From: Dipteris shenzhenensis
Lineage: Eukaryota
Direction: 5' to 3' (one strand)
DNA length: 64,000 bases
Assembly: GCA_047967505.1 (NCBI GenBank)
Contig: CM106538.1
This document shows, piece by piece, positions 61,363 to 64,000 of this stretch; position 1 is the stretch's first letter, and the number at the start of each line of letters is the position of its first letter. The notes beneath the pieces are model-generated. The model did no database searches, was not told the origin of the DNA, and saw nothing but the letters and a program-made list of their open reading frames with translations. The position numbers and the translations under genes were made by a program.

Positions 61363-64000
61363 TGAGAGTGCTCTAAACGGAAGCAAGAACGAAAGAAGGA
61401 GAGAGAGAGAGACAGAGAGCCACACAAGTTTGGTGGGTGCAGAACCACCCTAATCTTCTTTTTCATTCATTTATATATGTGTTTGAGTATTGTACATAAC
61501 CGGGGTTAAGGCACAGTGACCTTTAACCCCCACAACCTCCCACTTAAAGGACAATGTGCCTTTAAGAGAGAACAACTTGTGAGCATACTATCCAATGCCC
61601 ATCAATACACGACAATACTCAAACCGCTGACTAGGTAGACTCTTCGTCAGCATATCTGTAGGGTTATCATCTATATGAACCTTGACAAGCTCTATGCACT
61701 TGTCCTCAAGTACCTCCCTGATGAAATGGTACCTGACCTCAATGTGTTTGGTCTTTGCATGAAAGACCGGATTCCGTGCTAGCTGAATAGCATTCATGGA
61801 ATCATTATGCAATGTCGGTACACCTGTATGAATCCCCAAATCTCCCACTAGCCGATCAAGCCATATAGCCTCCTTGCAACCCTCTGTAGCTGCAACATAC
61901 TCAGCCTCTGTGGTAGACAAAGCAACACACTTCTGTGCGCGAGACATCCATGACATTGCACCACCTGCAAAGGTGAACACATAACCAGAAGTGGATCTCC
62001 TACTATCCACATGCCCTGCATAGTCTGAATCTGTGTACCCAAGTACACGCATGTCTCCTTTACCAAAGCAGATGCACATCTCCTTGGTACCCTTCATGTA
62101 CCTCATGATGCACTTAACTGCCTCCCAATGCCTCTTTCTTGGATTAGCCATATATCGGCTAACAACTCCCACTGCAAATGCAATGTCTGGTCTAGTAGCT
62201 ATCATAGCATACATAAGACTCCCAACTGCTGATGCATAAGGAACCTTGGCCATCATGGCCCTCTCCTCATCTGATTTGGGACTATCTGTATGACTCAGTT
62301 TCACATATGGAGGCAATGGAGTACTCACTGCCTTCCCCCCCTCCATATTGAAACGCTGCAATACTTTTGTAACATACTCTTTTTGTGAAAGCCAAAGGAG
62401 TTTCCTACTCCGATCACGCGTGATGTGCATACCAAGAATATGACCTGCAAGTCCCAAATCCTTCATATCAAAGGCCTCATGCAACTTGGCCTTTAATGCA
62501 TCTAGCTCATAAGTATTCTTGCTAGCCAATAGCATATCATCCACATATAGTGCCAAGATTATCAAGCTACTATCCTGAGCCCTTTTAGTGTAGAGGCAGT
62601 GATCAATTTCACTCCTTCTAAAACCCTGGGACCGAATGAAAGCATCAAACTTCTGATACCATTCTCTAGGCGCTTGCTTAAGACCATAGAGACTCTTCTT
62701 CAGCTTGCAAACTAAATGCTCTTTGCCCTTTTCTTCAAAGCCTTCCGGCTGCACCATGTAAATTTCCTCATGCAAATCCCCATGCAAGAAAGCTGTCTTG
62801 ACATCCATCTGCATAAGCTCCATATCCTCTGCTGCCACTAGTCCAAGCATGCATCTAAGTGTGGTCATCTTCACAACTGGAGAGAATATCTCATCAAAGT
62901 CCACACCCTTCTCTTGCTTGAACCCTTTAGCAACCAAATGGGCCTTGTACCTAGGCACATCATCACCTGTGACCTTCATTTTGTAGACCCATTTACATGG
63001 CAATGCTTTGTTTCCATGTGGCAAAGAAACCAAGTCCCAAGTCTTATTCTTCATAAGTGAACTCATCTCTGATTGCATAGCATACTCCCACTTGCGTTGA
63101 TCCTCATGCATCATAGCCTCTTTGTAGCAAGAAGGCTCCCCGCAATCAGTAAGCATCACATAGTCTACTCCTGGAACAAACCTATCAGGCGGTCTAGACA
63201 CTCTAGATGATCTTCTCAAGGGCATTTCAGCTTGTTGTCCCACTTGCATATCAGCCACATTTGGCTCATCATTTCCACCAATAGATGATCCATCATCTAC
63301 CCTTGATTGTATACCTGTGGGAGTACTTGGTTGTACCATTTCTTGCACATTTGGTGCATGGACAGCTTGCTGTCTATCAACATATGCAGGTGGATTCACA
63401 TCCTGGAAAGTGATTCTCCTCATTTCCACATCCCTCATGGGTGCCTTATGCATCTTCTTCTCATTGAAGACCACATCATGGCTGCGTATGATCTTCTTTG
63501 CTTCTGGATCCCAGAGACGATAGCCCATCTCTCCACTTTCACCATAACCCAGAAAGATGCATTTCCTAGACTTAGGATCTAGCTTCTTTCGAAGCTCTTT
63601 TGGCACATGTGCATATGCCTCACACCCAAATATACGCAAATGAGAGTAAGAGGGCTTCTTGCCACTCCATGCCTCTTCAGGAATACCACCATCCAAACTC
63701 TTACTAGGTGATCTATTGATCACATGCACTGCAGTCTTCATTGCCTCAGCCCAAAAACCACCAGAAAGACTTGCATTGGAAAGCATGCATTGCAGCCTTT
63801 CTTGAATGGTAGATTCATCTTTTCTCTGCAACTGGATTTTGCTCTGGAGTACGAGGGGATGTGAGCTCCCTCTTAATCCCACGTGTATCACAGAAATGCT
63901 GAAAGTCATGAGAGAGATACTCTCCACCATTATCAGTCCGTAGGCATTTAAGCGTTCTACCTGACTGATTCTCAAGCCATTTCTGAAATACCTGGAACAC
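61363..64000 (-). mobile_element. Copia family C element 3: 3' LTR 61363-61534, PPT and pol; runs off the window
   Basis: Reverse-complement family C LTR, with PPT AAGTGGGAGGT at 61535-61545. Confidence 0.92.
61588..63830 (-). CDS. Copia pol: integrase C-terminus, reverse transcriptase, RNase H (frameshift upstream near 63820)
   Basis: QMDVKTAFLHG, SLYGLKQAPREW, LYVDDML, GYTDSDYAG, STTEAEY, HAKTKHI. Confidence 0.9.

Overview
Eukaryotic, repeat-saturated plant DNA; the TE content suggests a large-genome seed-free plant such as a fern (inference). I found no intact host gene, RNA gene or CRISPR array. Both flanks (1-2.3 kb and 33-64 kb) are nested, decayed Ty1/copia elements (three LTR families, A-C) and Ty3/gypsy elements. 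They also hold a 447-bp TIR element with an 8-bp TSD and a TMK-like LRR receptor-kinase fragment captured in a copia leader. The centre (~2.3-33 kb) looks like one large composite DNA element with four parts. (1) A ~1150-codon Sola1/DUF7869-type DDE transposase pseudogene on the minus strand. (2) A ~9.6-kb, 182-bp satellite with higher-order structure. (3) A ~2-kb G-rich island carrying about 15 copies of a perfect 24-bp CpG-rich palindrome. (4) A divergently oriented multidomain cargo gene combining a ParB/DGQHR-like domain, a degenerate beta-class N4C/N6A DNA-methyltransferase-like domain and three spliced Ulp1-like (C48) protease domains. The cargo gene occurs as a 2.3-kb inverted duplication whose two copies carry complementary lesions. 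All domain calls come from motif reading by eye and need HMM or structure confirmation. I could not find the element's termini.
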